DNA of 27,350 bases from a virus (taxonomy: Duplodnaviria > Caudoviricetes). A program made the position numbers and the translations under genes. The notes under the pieces are model-generated. The model was not told where the DNA came from, made no database searches, and saw only the letters and a list, made by a program, of their open reading frames with translations. How positions within the stretch are numbered: the first letter of the stretch is position 1; every line of letters starts with the position of its first letter. The DNA lies in the IMG/VR virus record IMGVR_UViG_3300042924_006280, positions 1-27,350 of that record; one strand, written 5' to 3'. This document shows, in pieces, positions 1-10,022 of the stretch.

Positions 1-24
1 CTGTTTTTCTCTTTCCAGCTGCTT

Positions 25-3000
25 GTGCCTGGTGCCATCCAGGTCCAGACCGTCACAGGCAGCAAGTGGACCGCTCGCTTTGTCTCCGCCTCCCTGCGCT
101 CGGAGTCCGGCAGTATCGGCTTGGACGATCGCGGCAACGCCCGTGGTGTCGACATTGTCAACAGCATCGACGCTGACGAGGCGCTGGCTCCTTTCCCGCC
201 CGGGAAATACACCGTGGTGGTTTCCTGCTCCCAGTGGCAGTCAACGCCTTTCGAGTTGGTCCTGCGGGTCAACCCGACCACCAGACTGCATGCCGACATC
301 ACTGGCCGCGGCGGGCTTGGACGGTACACCCGCTTGCGCGTGGCTGTTGCCCGCCTTAGCGGCGCGCTCACCGGCCTCGGCCAACTCCGGGCGCCAGGCT
401 CGGGCTTGTTTTCGGGCCGCCGCGACCGCCCTCTTGTCGGCGGCTTCCTCGCCGGTGGGGGCGCGCTAACGGGCAAGCTTTCGATTCGTGAACCTCTACG
501 CAGCCTGTCTGGCGCCTTTCTTGCCGGCCGCGGCGGCCTTGGAGCTTCGACAGTGGTTTCAAGCAACCTGGGCCCCAGGATGTGGGCCTCCAGACTTGTG
601 ACCCCAACAGAGACGGCAGATAGCGCCAGCTACGCCAGCGTAGCCTTGAGTGAGGCCGATTACAGTCTCCACGCTTTTTACTATCTCCCGCCTGGATCTC
701 CCAGCAGCCAGCGGCGGCTTGCGGTAACTTACCGCGCCCCTAATGGACAGGTGCTATGGAGCCGTCTTACTGATATTTACTGCTTAACCAATGATACGCA
801 GGGCTGGAAAGTGCTCGCCTTGACCGGTGGCGACTTCCTCTTGTTCAGTCAAAGCCAGGCGGCCTTCGGCGGCCTACTTGCAATTCGCATCGGACGAGAC
901 GGAGTTATTGCTTGGAAGCGACAATTTGGAGCTCGTATCAATCCTGTGATTATTGGAGGTAGCAACAACGGCAGCGAGATCGAGCAAATCAGTGACGCAG
1001 CCCTGCAGCCTTCGTTGAATCGGGTTACATTCGCCGTTGTCATAGGCGGCTTCACTCCTGGCTATATCACGCTTGACCTTAACACTGGGGCTGCTGTTTC
1101 GGCTCGCGCGTTAAGTGGTGGCACCATGCAGACTGGCCATATAGTTTTTTTTGACAGCGGCGTCACTCTTAACGCCCCCTTGATCAAGGCGGACGGCCGA
1201 TTTATACTGACTGGTAGCAAAAGAGGCCAGCCAGCCTACACATGGACCGTGGAATGCGATAGCAACCTTACCGGCGTCAAGACGTTTTACAAATACACTG
1301 ACGGCACTAGCCTCGTTTTCGACGGCAGCGCAGTGCTGCATACGGATGGCTCTGTCACGATTGTAGGAAGTACTCAAATTAGCAACGGGAGCAGAGCGAG
1401 CCTCGACTCCACTTTATTGCAGCTTGCCCCAGACTTGACGATCCGTCGCCGCGTTACCGGCGCTGGCGACTCTGTCCTTTCCGGACAGGCGGCGTTGGCG
1501 GCCACCGATACTCTAGGCGCTCTGCATTACGGCAACTCCTATGGCCTCTACTCGCGGGACTACGAGGGCGACCTCACCTATCGCCATACAACTTTTGTTG
1601 GGCTGCCGGGGCGTATTGATCAGATCTCCGTCACCAAGCCTGGGCCCTGGTTCAACATTGCCAGCCAGTGGGGCATCCTGGCCACTTCCACTGCTCCCAA
1701 TCAGCCAGCGCTGGGAACAGTGGTGGTAGGTTTCGAGGTAGACATGGCGCCCACAACTGTCGCTAATGGGCTGAACTACAGCATCACTATCGGCACTTCT
1801 GAGAACGTCCCGCAAGCCCGCCAGGTTGTGCCGGCCGTGGTCGCCCTTGACCTTGACGAAAACGACGGTGGCATTGTACCGATTGCGTTCGTTTCTTTAA
1901 TAGTCGTCCTTAACACAAGTACACCTACCTGGAACCCAGTCTTTGCTGATGCCAGTTCAATTCTTGCCTGGGAGCTGACATCCAGCACGATTCGCCGTGG
2001 AATCTCTAGTGGATTTCCTCAACTGGCGATTAAGCCCGACCCTGCGATAGAGCCAGACCCTTTAGCTCAGTTCGTTGTTTTCCATCTGCCAGGCACCGGT
2101 ATTCCTGACACGAACTTCTTTGTCGACCACTCTCGATTCGCTCACCAACCGATTCCGCTTGGCAACGTCAGGTACTCAACTGAACAAGCCCTTTACCCAG
2201 ACCTTGGCGGCTTTTTCGAGCGCACTTCTATTCGCTTTGACGGCACCGAAGACGCAATTGCCTACGCGCCATCGCCGGCTTTTCGTTTTGGCAGGGAAAA
2301 TTTTACAATTGAAACCAAAATTTTTCGGCTCAATAGCAACCCTTGCATCCTGTTTAGCAACAGCCAGGTTAGCGATCCAGGAGCCCATAGCAATAGTTTT
2401 TACCTGGCTCTCGACGCTGATGGGATCCTTGAGATCTTTTCGATAGGACGCGGCCGGCTTTCCCCCGTTAACTCTAGGTCCCCGAGGCGCACCGTGCCTT
2501 ACGGCGCTTGGTCTCACGTTGCCCTAACAAGAGAGGATCAAATATGGCGCGTTCACATCAATGGCCAGGCTGACGCAGCGGCCTGGCGTTACGACCTGGA
2601 TCTAAGCGCTGGCGCCTTACTGATTGGTCGGGGGACTGAGATCCCTACAGACGGGCGCTGGTCTACAGGCAATGGCATCACTGTCGGCGCCAACTACTTT
2701 CCCTTCACCGGCTTCATGGCCGACATTCGAATCACCAAGGGAGCTGCTCGCTATCACCGCAACTTTCAACCCCGCGCCGCTCCGATTCAATACCTTCCCG
2801 CGGGGCCTCCTGCAAGCTCGCCAGCAGGAGCTGAGCCTGCCGAGGCAGGCGCGGCCACCCCCGACCTGGCTTTCAACCGGGTCCTGTTGTTCGCCCGGAT
2901 GAACGGCAGCGACAACGTCTTCCGCGACAGCGGCCCTTACGACCACAGCCTAATCCCCTTCGGCAACGTCACACAAATCCCTGGCGGCAAATGGGACGGC

Positions 3001-5256
3001 AGCCAGGGGGCCTTCGACTCTTTTGGCGACTGGGTAGAGGTGCCTGCCAACCCCGTGCTGGCCCTGGGGACAGGCGACTTTACGATTTCGATGTGGGCAA
3101 AGCGCACCGGCGAAGGCCAAGAAGCCGACTTCTTCCAGGCCCTGCTGGACAGCCGGACTACCGAGCCTGAATCTCAGTTCTGCCTGCGCATCAACCGCAG
3201 CGTCACCGGCCGGCAGTTGTGCCTCTATGTCGGTGGGGCAATTCGAATCTTGGGCCAGCCCATGGCCATCAACGTTCGCTACCACGTCGCAGTGGTTCGC
3301 AGGAGCGGGATCACCTCTCTCTACATGAACGGGGTTCCTGCCGGCAACACCTGGGCTGATGCCACCAACTACACCAGCACCAGCTGGACGATTGGCCGAG
3401 CCCGGTTTGCTGCAGGAGCCGACCAGTGGTACTTCCAGGGCCACTTAAACGATGTCCGGATTGAGCGCGGTGCGCTCTACGACGGTGCCTTCATTCCTCC
3501 GACCGCTCCGACCGGATCCCCTCCATCGGCTACGGCACGCTACTGGCGGCTAGTGGATTTGCGCCCCTACCAAGGCTCAAGCGGCGTCTTTTCGCTTTCT
3601 GAGATTGCGTTGCATCGGGGCCGCGACCGGCTGCCTGGAACCACCACGACCAGCCTGCCGGCGCCCAGCTCCGGTCTGCTGGTCAGCACTCAAGACTTAA
3701 GCGCCACCTTGAACTGCGACTGGGGCCGGGCCCCTATGGAGCAGATCGGCAGCTGGATTCAAATCGATGCCGGCGCACCTGTCACAGCCGACGGCTTGCG
3801 CCTCGCCACGGCCGGGCAGTCTGCCCAGGGCGTCTCAGGTTTCACGCTGCAATATTCCAGTGACGGGGCCAACTGGGCCACCCTGGGGCATGTCGCCAGC
3901 ATCCCGCTAAGCGATTCAGTTCTAGGCCCTCGGCTGGGTTTCGTGCCCCTGCCCGGGCCGCCCACCGACATTGTTGATGCTGATTTTGATCGCGTCGTTC
4001 TCCTGCTGCGCGGCAATATACCCAACGCTCTTGCAACTGACAGCGGCCCCAGAAGATTGACGGTCGACAACGTCAATGTTTCAGCCAGCGCGATCGAAAG
4101 CGCTCAAGGCGGGCAAAGCATGCTGTTCAGTGCTGCCAGCGGCTCCTACTTGACCCTGGGCGCGACCGGCGGTGATACGGGCCGGCGCTCGGTGTACTTC
4201 TCTTTCGGGGCTGGTGCCCTGACGGTTGAGATGGACATTTTTCCGTTGACGGTCCCGGCCAACTATTTCTCGCTGTTTAATACCAATGCCATTGGTGATT
4301 CGGCCAGCTACGCCAACGGTTTTCAGTGGGTCTTGACAAGCGCAATGAAGCTAGATCTTTACATCAATGGAGCATTCCGTGGCGTTTCACTAGGGTCAGT
4401 TAGCCTGCGTCAATGGAGCCGACTGCGCTTAAGCCGCGACTCTACCGGCATTTGGCGGTACAACATCAATGGCGTGGTCGATTCAACCACTTTTGCTAAT
4501 ACGGTCGACCTATCGAGCCGCGCCTTCACGATTGGCCGGGACGGGGCCGACACCGGCGCTCCCTACTTCTACAACGGCTACATGGACGAGGTGAAGGTCA
4601 CCCGCGGACTGGCTCGCGGCAATACGATACGCATCACCAATCTTGCCTGGACACCGAGCGCCCGAGGACGCCTGATTGGGGGCTTGGTCACGGGGCGGGC
4701 CATGCACAGTATCCTGTTCGCCCGCGGGCGACTGAGCGGAACGCTGGCTACCGTGGCTGTAGATGGCTCGCAAAGCGCAGCATCTATCACCAGCCTGCCT
4801 GACGCAAGCCTGCCGCTGACTGGGTTCGAGCGAGTTGCGATGGACCAGGCCGGAGCGACCGTATCGGCCGGGGGGTTTGTGACAGGCCAGACATACCGGA
4901 TCGCCGGTGTTGGGTCCACCGATTTCAGGCCGATCGGGGCCGCCTCCAACACGATTGGTCTGATCTTCAAGGCCACAGGCCCAGGGACAGGCAACGGCAC
5001 TGCGGTCGTAATCAGGACCGTGGACGCAGCAATCCGAGACATCGCTGGCCTTGCCGCGGCGGCCAGTGTCGTTGAATTTGACACCACGGGCACCCCAAAC
5101 ACGATTTACGTCGGGCGAGCTCCTGTCGGCACGGACCGGACAGCGGCGGGCTGGACGGTAGAGCGGACTACTTTTACGGCTCAAGGCATTAAAGTGGGCG
5201 AGACGCTGACTGCCACCGGCGCCTGGACTGCACGAACTTCTCTCGCCTACGCCTGA
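25..5256 (+). CDS. Large mosaic tail fibre / receptor-binding protein with three LamG (ConA-like) domains and a discoidin-like domain; probably 5'-truncated
   Basis: 1743-aa ORF whose frame is open back to base 1. Three modules start DPLAQFVVFHL / DLAFNRVLLFARMNG / DADFDRVVLLLRGN and end GFMADIRITKG / GHLNDVRIERG / GYMDEVKVTRG; modules 1 and 2 carry the typical FTI and HVA motifs. ARYWRL...FTLQYSSDGANW is discoidin-like; the C-terminus has a YVGRA...W...AWTARTSLAY motif. Confidence 0.85.
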   Translation: MPGAIQVQTVTGSKWTARFVSASLRSESGSIGLDDRGNARGVDIVNSIDADEALAPFPPGKYTVVVSCSQWQSTPFELVLRVNPTTRLHADITGRGGLGRYTRLRVAVARLSGALTGLGQLRAPGSGLFSGRRDRPLVGGFLAGGGALTGKLSIREPLRSLSGAFLAGRGGLGASTVVSSNLGPRMWASRLVTPTETADSASYASVALSEADYSLHAFYYLPPGSPSSQRRLAVTYRAPNGQVLWSRLTDIYCLTNDTQGWKVLALTGGDFLLFSQSQAAFGGLLAIRIGRDGVIAWKRQFGARINPVIIGGSNNGSEIEQISDAALQPSLNRVTFAVVIGGFTPGYITLDLNTGAAVSARALSGGTMQTGHIVFFDSGVTLNAPLIKADGRFILTGSKRGQPAYTWTVECDSNLTGVKTFYKYTDGTSLVFDGSAVLHTDGSVTIVGSTQISNGSRASLDSTLLQLAPDLTIRRRVTGAGDSVLSGQAALAATDTLGALHYGNSYGLYSRDYEGDLTYRHTTFVGLPGRIDQISVTKPGPWFNIASQWGILATSTAPNQPALGTVVVGFEVDMAPTTVANGLNYSITIGTSENVPQARQVVPAVVALDLDENDGGIVPIAFVSLIVVLNTSTPTWNPVFADASSILAWELTSSTIRRGISSGFPQLAIKPDPAIEPDPLAQFVVFHLPGTGIPDTNFFVDHSRFAHQPIPLGNVRYSTEQALYPDLGGFFERTSIRFDGTEDAIAYAPSPAFRFGRENFTIETKIFRLNSNPCILFSNSQVSDPGAHSNSFYLALDADGILEIFSIGRGRLSPVNSRSPRRTVPYGAWSHVALTREDQIWRVHINGQADAAAWRYDLDLSAGALLIGRGTEIPTDGRWSTGNGITVGANYFPFTGFMADIRITKGAARYHRNFQPRAAPIQYLPAGPPASSPAGAEPAEAGAATPDLAFNRVLLFARMNGSDNVFRDSGPYDHSLIPFGNVTQIPGGKWDGSQGAFDSFGDWVEVPANPVLALGTGDFTISMWAKRTGEGQEADFFQALLDSRTTEPESQFCLRINRSVTGRQLCLYVGGAIRILGQPMAINVRYHVAVVRRSGITSLYMNGVPAGNTWADATNYTSTSWTIGRARFAAGADQWYFQGHLNDVRIERGALYDGAFIPPTAPTGSPPSATARYWRLVDLRPYQGSSGVFSLSEIALHRGRDRLPGTTTTSLPAPSSGLLVSTQDLSATLNCDWGRAPMEQIGSWIQIDAGAPVTADGLRLATAGQSAQGVSGFTLQYSSDGANWATLGHVASIPLSDSVLGPRLGFVPLPGPPTDIVDADFDRVVLLLRGNIPNALATDSGPRRLTVDNVNVSASAIESAQGGQSMLFSAASGSYLTLGATGGDTGRRSVYFSFGAGALTVEMDIFPLTVPANYFSLFNTNAIGDSASYANGFQWVLTSAMKLDLYINGAFRGVSLGSVSLRQWSRLRLSRDSTGIWRYNINGVVDSTTFANTVDLSSRAFTIGRDGADTGAPYFYNGYMDEVKVTRGLARGNTIRITNLAWTPSARGRLIGGLVTGRAMHSILFARGRLSGTLATVAVDGSQSAASITSLPDASLPLTGFERVAMDQAGATVSAGGFVTGQTYRIAGVGSTDFRPIGAASNTIGLIFKATGPGTGNGTAVVIRTVDAAIRDIAGLAAAASVVEFDTTGTPNTIYVGRAPVGTDRTAAGWTVERTTFTAQGIKVGETLTATGAWTARTSLAYA

Positions 5257-5259
5257 GCC

Positions 5260-8200
5260 TTGGCCAACCAGACGGTCACCACCGCCGTCAATTATGACGC
5301 TGCATCGATCAGCGGCTTGCTTGATGGTGAACTCATCACGGTCAACGGCGGGTCGCTGACAATCAACGCGGACACGCGCTGGAACCAGCAGGCGGCGGTC
5401 TTCGGAAACATCACTGTTTCATCTACGCTCGGCGGCGTGGTGGCGATTGATGGTACGCAGGTTTGGGAAGTGCCTTTCTCTGTGGCCGTGGGGCTAGTCC
5501 CAACACAAGCTGCCCTTGGGTCCAACACGGTCACAGGAGGCACCAGCGGCGCGACAGGCGAGTTGACTCGTGTATGGGCCAGCGGATCGTTCACCCCGGC
5601 TGCGGCGGGCGCTGTAATGCCTCTGGCGGGCTTTATCAAGCTGCGATCCAAGACTGGCAACTTTCAAGCGGGTGAAACCATTACACTGCCGGGCGGGGCC
5701 ACGATTGTTGCTGCCAATACGGGCAAGCGGAGTTGGATTCATGTTGTCGGTGAGGCAAACAGAATCTTGCTTATGCCCCGTCTGGCAAGCGTGCCGATCA
5801 CTGGCGACTGGTACGCCCTTGGCGCAACCGATGGCACCGACAGCCAGACAATCCAAATGCCGGTGCGGGATGAATTTCCGGCTGTGCAGATCGAGACATC
5901 ACCGGGGTCGGGTGTTTACGAATGGTGGGCCAACGCGGCAGACGCTTGGAACGGCTGGTATCCGAACAATGACAACTGGACGCTGACAAACGCCACCATC
6001 ACGCGAAACGCAGTGGCAGGACCGGCAAATTATCCGGCAGGCGACAGGCTGCGGGAAACGACCGCAAACGGCAACCACCTAGTCACCGGGATAAACCTGC
6101 AATCCGCGCAAATGGACGCCGGGTCTTACACGCACGAGGCCATTGTCAAATCTGACGGACGGCAGTGGTGCGTGGTGCAAATATCCACCAACGGCGGCGC
6201 TGATCGGTACGGCGCGCTTGTCGATCTGTCGGCTGGCACGATTATCGCCAACCCCAGTGTCGGTAGCCCGACGGGTGTTTCTTCCTCAATCACATCATTG
6301 GACAGCGGTTATTATCAAGTCAATGTGACGCTGACTCATGTTACTGGCGATCTGAGGAGTTTCGTGGCAATCGCCGACTCGGCAACCCCAACCTATACAA
6401 CCGGCTTGCCCACCTACACCGGCAACACGGGGCAGGGCATCATCCTTGGGTTTTCGACCGTCAAACAGGCCACACACGCTTTCATTTCGACAGACGCTCG
6501 GGGCAAGTTCTTTTACTCGGACCCCTTTGCTGGAACCATTCAACTTGCCAAGCGCGGGTCAAACAACGCTGGCCTGAAACCTGCGAGCGGTTGCGCTATT
6601 CGGATTCCAAACATTATCCTCGGAACGTCTTCTTCGGGTGACTACACGTCGCAACACTTGTCGTCCACAACCGGGTCAAACGCCGGGGTCGCACGCTACG
6701 CCTTTGGTGTGACAAACGCTGTCGTAGATTTTGACAAGGTATCCTGCAACTGGTCACTTAACGGCAACGCTCCGACCTCTTGGAAAGTGCAAAACTCAGG
6801 CTGGAGCCTAGTGATCTCGTTGCTCAATTTCTACTCGGAAATCAGGAACGTCTGCATTGCCCCCACGCTTTACACAAGGCTGGTCGCCAATGGCGCATAC
6901 ACCCACCAAAATAGTGCCAATGCGTATATGTATGATAGCCGCGTAGTGTCGCGTGGGCAAGGGGCTCAAGTTTATACTGCCACGGCGTGCGCAAATATCA
7001 ACGCATACAGAACCAGTTTTGAGTCGATCGGACCAAATCAAGGTAAAGCAATTCGCAGCCCATTCCACGGAATCGCCGCTCAGGTGCAGTCTGCGGGCGG
7101 GGAATTTGTGGACTGCACGACTATTGGTGGGCGTTCGACATTCAACGCGCAAAACTTTCTTGTCAAGAACCTGACGTATTGTGACTACATGATCGGCACA
7201 ACTACGGCTGTAGCTTCTACGGCAATCGGGGTGCAGGGGACAAGCATCACGGTTGACAATATCCTGCCATTTCCGGGGGTGGCAAACAATCACCCCTTTA
7301 CGGAGTACGTGGTTACGACCGGATTTATTGCCAACCTTGTGCTGAAGAATATCGGCAGTCCGACATCCCCGCTGAACGTTGGCACTGTAAATCCTTGCGG
7401 GGCTGTACTTACTCAGGGCGCTGCGGGAACAACAGCCGAAGTGCGGCGCGTCTATACAACAAACCTTCGCCTCGGTGTGGTTTCGACGGCTGCTGCCAAC
7501 CCGGTTTTGAATCTGTTTGATGTCTGGGGTGATGGAACAACGCCGCAAACCCTGGCGACGGCAAACATCAACTCGCGTGGGGGGCGGTGGACAAACCAGC
7601 GCGGGGCAAACGCGGTATGTACGGGTTCCCATTGGGACGACGCCTATAACTCAACCACTACTGGCCGCATAACGATTAGCGGCAACGAACCATCTGTTGC
7701 TTCGGCGGCTCAATGTTCTTTCACGCTCGGCACAGGCTCAGGGTTTAACGGCAACGGCTCGGTTGTTATCTCGCGCCTGACTGACGTGGTGACTTGGACA
7801 ACCCCCTATAAGATGTACGGTCACAATGCCTTCGCAGGCGGCTGTGCGCTTCTGGGCACCGACTGCCAGAACCTGATCTTTGAGTACAAGGTCGATACAG
7901 GGTCGGGTTTCGGCGGATCGTGGGCTTTTTTGGCAAACACTGTGCGCCGGGCAGGTGGCGGGACAAGCGGGACGAATACGGTCACAGTCACAACGGCGGA
8001 TCGAACTGCACTTACGCGCCAGCCCCAAGTGGGGGATTTTGTGCAAACAGGTTCTTTCCGACTGCCCGCCAATACGACCGTTACGAACATCTCGGGCGAT
8101 GTCATCACCTGCTCGAACAACTTCACGGCCAACCTTACGACCAGTGAGTTTGTGACCTTCTCGCCGGTCAACGTGGCTGTCAGCGCAGCCAATGGATATG

Positions 8201-8568
8201 CTTTGCAAGTCCGCACCTACCCAACCGCAGCGGCTACTACAACGCTGCTGACGGCCTTCACAATGGGATTGCAGACCGACGCCACGGCGCAGCAAATCCC
8301 GCATCCGCTTCCGGGGTCATTGGTAAACATCACCAATCTTGTCCCGCAATCGCGGGTGAAGGTCAGCCGGGTGGACACCGGCGTAACCTTGCAGCAAGCA
8401 TCGTGTGGCGCAAGTACAAGTCTGGCCTTTGATTTTCAGTACACAGGCGCGGTGGAGGTGGAGGCGCGAAACACGGGCGGCACTCCAACGTATGAGCCGT
8501 GGGTGACACAAGTCACCATTTCACCTGCGACGCCGACAAACATCGCCGCGCTTCAAGAACCCGACTAA
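5260..8568 (+). CDS. Large virion structural / tail-associated protein, Thr/Gly/Asn-rich, probable beta-helix core
   Basis: 1102-aa ORF with TTG start in the context TGA-GCC-TTG; beta-rich composition; C-terminal ITNLVPQSRVKV...VEVEARN Ig-like end. Confidence 0.75.
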   Translation: MANQTVTTAVNYDAASISGLLDGELITVNGGSLTINADTRWNQQAAVFGNITVSSTLGGVVAIDGTQVWEVPFSVAVGLVPTQAALGSNTVTGGTSGATGELTRVWASGSFTPAAAGAVMPLAGFIKLRSKTGNFQAGETITLPGGATIVAANTGKRSWIHVVGEANRILLMPRLASVPITGDWYALGATDGTDSQTIQMPVRDEFPAVQIETSPGSGVYEWWANAADAWNGWYPNNDNWTLTNATITRNAVAGPANYPAGDRLRETTANGNHLVTGINLQSAQMDAGSYTHEAIVKSDGRQWCVVQISTNGGADRYGALVDLSAGTIIANPSVGSPTGVSSSITSLDSGYYQVNVTLTHVTGDLRSFVAIADSATPTYTTGLPTYTGNTGQGIILGFSTVKQATHAFISTDARGKFFYSDPFAGTIQLAKRGSNNAGLKPASGCAIRIPNIILGTSSSGDYTSQHLSSTTGSNAGVARYAFGVTNAVVDFDKVSCNWSLNGNAPTSWKVQNSGWSLVISLLNFYSEIRNVCIAPTLYTRLVANGAYTHQNSANAYMYDSRVVSRGQGAQVYTATACANINAYRTSFESIGPNQGKAIRSPFHGIAAQVQSAGGEFVDCTTIGGRSTFNAQNFLVKNLTYCDYMIGTTTAVASTAIGVQGTSITVDNILPFPGVANNHPFTEYVVTTGFIANLVLKNIGSPTSPLNVGTVNPCGAVLTQGAAGTTAEVRRVYTTNLRLGVVSTAAANPVLNLFDVWGDGTTPQTLATANINSRGGRWTNQRGANAVCTGSHWDDAYNSTTTGRITISGNEPSVASAAQCSFTLGTGSGFNGNGSVVISRLTDVVTWTTPYKMYGHNAFAGGCALLGTDCQNLIFEYKVDTGSGFGGSWAFLANTVRRAGGGTSGTNTVTVTTADRTALTRQPQVGDFVQTGSFRLPANTTVTNISGDVITCSNNFTANLTTSEFVTFSPVNVAVSAANGYALQVRTYPTAAATTTLLTAFTMGLQTDATAQQIPHPLPGSLVNITNLVPQSRVKVSRVDTGVTLQQASCGASTSLAFDFQYTGAVEVEARNTGGTPTYEPWVTQVTISPATPTNIAALQEPD

Positions 8569-8573
8569 AGGAA
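8568..8573 (+). promoter_or_regulatory. Shine-Dalgarno site for the 8580 gene
   Basis: AAGGAA 6 nt upstream of ATG 8580. Confidence 0.6.
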
Positions 8574-8579
8574 AACCCC

Positions 8580-10022
8580 ATGCCTATCGCAACCGATTTC
8601 ACCGTCTCCCCAGCCGGCGACATTCGCCGCCAAGCGGGCGCCAGCACGGAGGTCTACTCCGTGCTGGCGCTGCACGCATGGTTGCAGGCCTCAGCGTACC
8701 AGGAAGCAGCAACAGGCGATGACTTTTTGGATATTTACACGCCAAACCCTTCAAAACTGGACGGCCCACGCGATACAGCCGTTGCTTCGCGCCTGAACTT
8801 GCTTACAAAGGGGTCGGTCGCGTACAACCTGGACGACACAGCGGCGAGGTTTATCAACTTTGGATCGGTCAAGCAGCAAGGTGCATTTGTTCAATACTCC
8901 GGCTTCAGGACCATTGGCGGCATCGTGGCCGCCAGCCCAATCTATGTGGTGCAAAGCGGTTCAAAGCTGACGAAGTTCTGGGCCAATGGCCATGTGCAGA
9001 TCATAATCAAGGTCAAGACCGCGAACGCCTTTATTGACGGCGGAAACGTTACCGCTTTCAGTCGGAAATGGGGCCAAACCTATTCCCACTTCGATGTAAA
9101 CCTATCGGCCGGGGGCGAGAGTAACGCGGCACTTTCGACCGCGCTTGATGGAAACATCCTATTAACTGAAGCCCAGGCGGCGGCGCTTTCAACCAAGGTG
9201 GCGGTGGCGTTCGGCGACACCACTCAGGATTTAGTGAATGGCAATGGCGCTAAGTTGTATAAAGGCACCATCACTCTTTCCAATTCCTGCACATTGCAAG
9301 AAGCGTATCAATACTTGCAATACCTTACGCGAGAAGATAGCGCGGCCACGCTAAACGGTATTCCCGGCTGGCGTTACCGTGTGCTCAATACGGCGTACAC
9401 CGAAATCCCGGCGGCCCCGTTTGGGACGTTTGCTGGCGGCACCTTCTTCCTGGCGCAGGGCTGGTTCATTGCTGGCGTCCTTCCGGCTGAAAGCACGAAA
9501 TATCAGCTGATCGCGCACGACGGCACCGTACAAGTTCCGCCCACGCTTGCCAGTATTACGATTGGCAACCTTGACGTCGGGTACCGAGTGGTGGTGGCTC
9601 GTGACGATGGATCAGGTGAAGTCTTGAAGGACGAATACACGCCTGTTGCAGCGGCTGTCGGCGCCACGGCTTTAACGGTGGTGGAAAGCATCAAGACCGA
9701 TACACCTGCGGCGGGCGTGATCCGCATTAAGGGATTGCGTTACACCTACGCTTCTTTTAATGCAGGCACCAAGACCTTCTCCGGCCTTTCCCCGACTCTA
9801 TCGAGCAACATTGTCACAGCAGATGACGTTTTTGTGCCGTTTATTGACCGCATCGCAACCGCAGGGACTGAATCGGTATCGTTTATCCATGCCGGCAACT
9901 TCAATGCACAGGTGTTGGTCCGCTACGGCGTCGGCGGTTCGCCCATTGAGCCGTATGATACGACCTTAACTATCACAAGCGCGGGCGGTTCTGTGAACGC
10001 AAGTCGCAACAGTGATGTGTGA
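8580..10022 (+). CDS. Phage structural protein (480 aa, MPIATDFTVS...)
   Basis: Start moved from 8499 to ATG 8580, which has an SD and follows the upstream stop; beta-rich; C-terminal ITIGNL...RVVV...VLVRYG resembles the C-terminus of the preceding protein. Confidence 0.75.
   Translation: MPIATDFTVSPAGDIRRQAGASTEVYSVLALHAWLQASAYQEAATGDDFLDIYTPNPSKLDGPRDTAVASRLNLLTKGSVAYNLDDTAARFINFGSVKQQGAFVQYSGFRTIGGIVAASPIYVVQSGSKLTKFWANGHVQIIIKVKTANAFIDGGNVTAFSRKWGQTYSHFDVNLSAGGESNAALSTALDGNILLTEAQAAALSTKVAVAFGDTTQDLVNGNGAKLYKGTITLSNSCTLQEAYQYLQYLTREDSAATLNGIPGWRYRVLNTAYTEIPAAPFGTFAGGTFFLAQGWFIAGVLPAESTKYQLIAHDGTVQVPPTLASITIGNLDVGYRVVVARDDGSGEVLKDEYTPVAAAVGATALTVVESIKTDTPAAGVIRIKGLRYTYASFNAGTKTFSGLSPTLSSNIVTADDVFVPFIDRIATAGTESVSFIHAGNFNAQVLVRYGVGGSPIEPYDTTLTITSAGGSVNASRNSDV

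Noticed and set aside
2056-4617. Diversity-generating retroelement acting on the lectin repeats
   Set aside because: The three LamG modules are highly diverged in DNA; no near-identical TR/VR pair with adenine-specific mismatches and no reverse transcriptase were seen
8499-8579. ORF-track start at 8499 for the 507-aa ORF
   Set aside because: It overlaps the upstream gene; ATG 8580 has an SD and a more natural N-terminus
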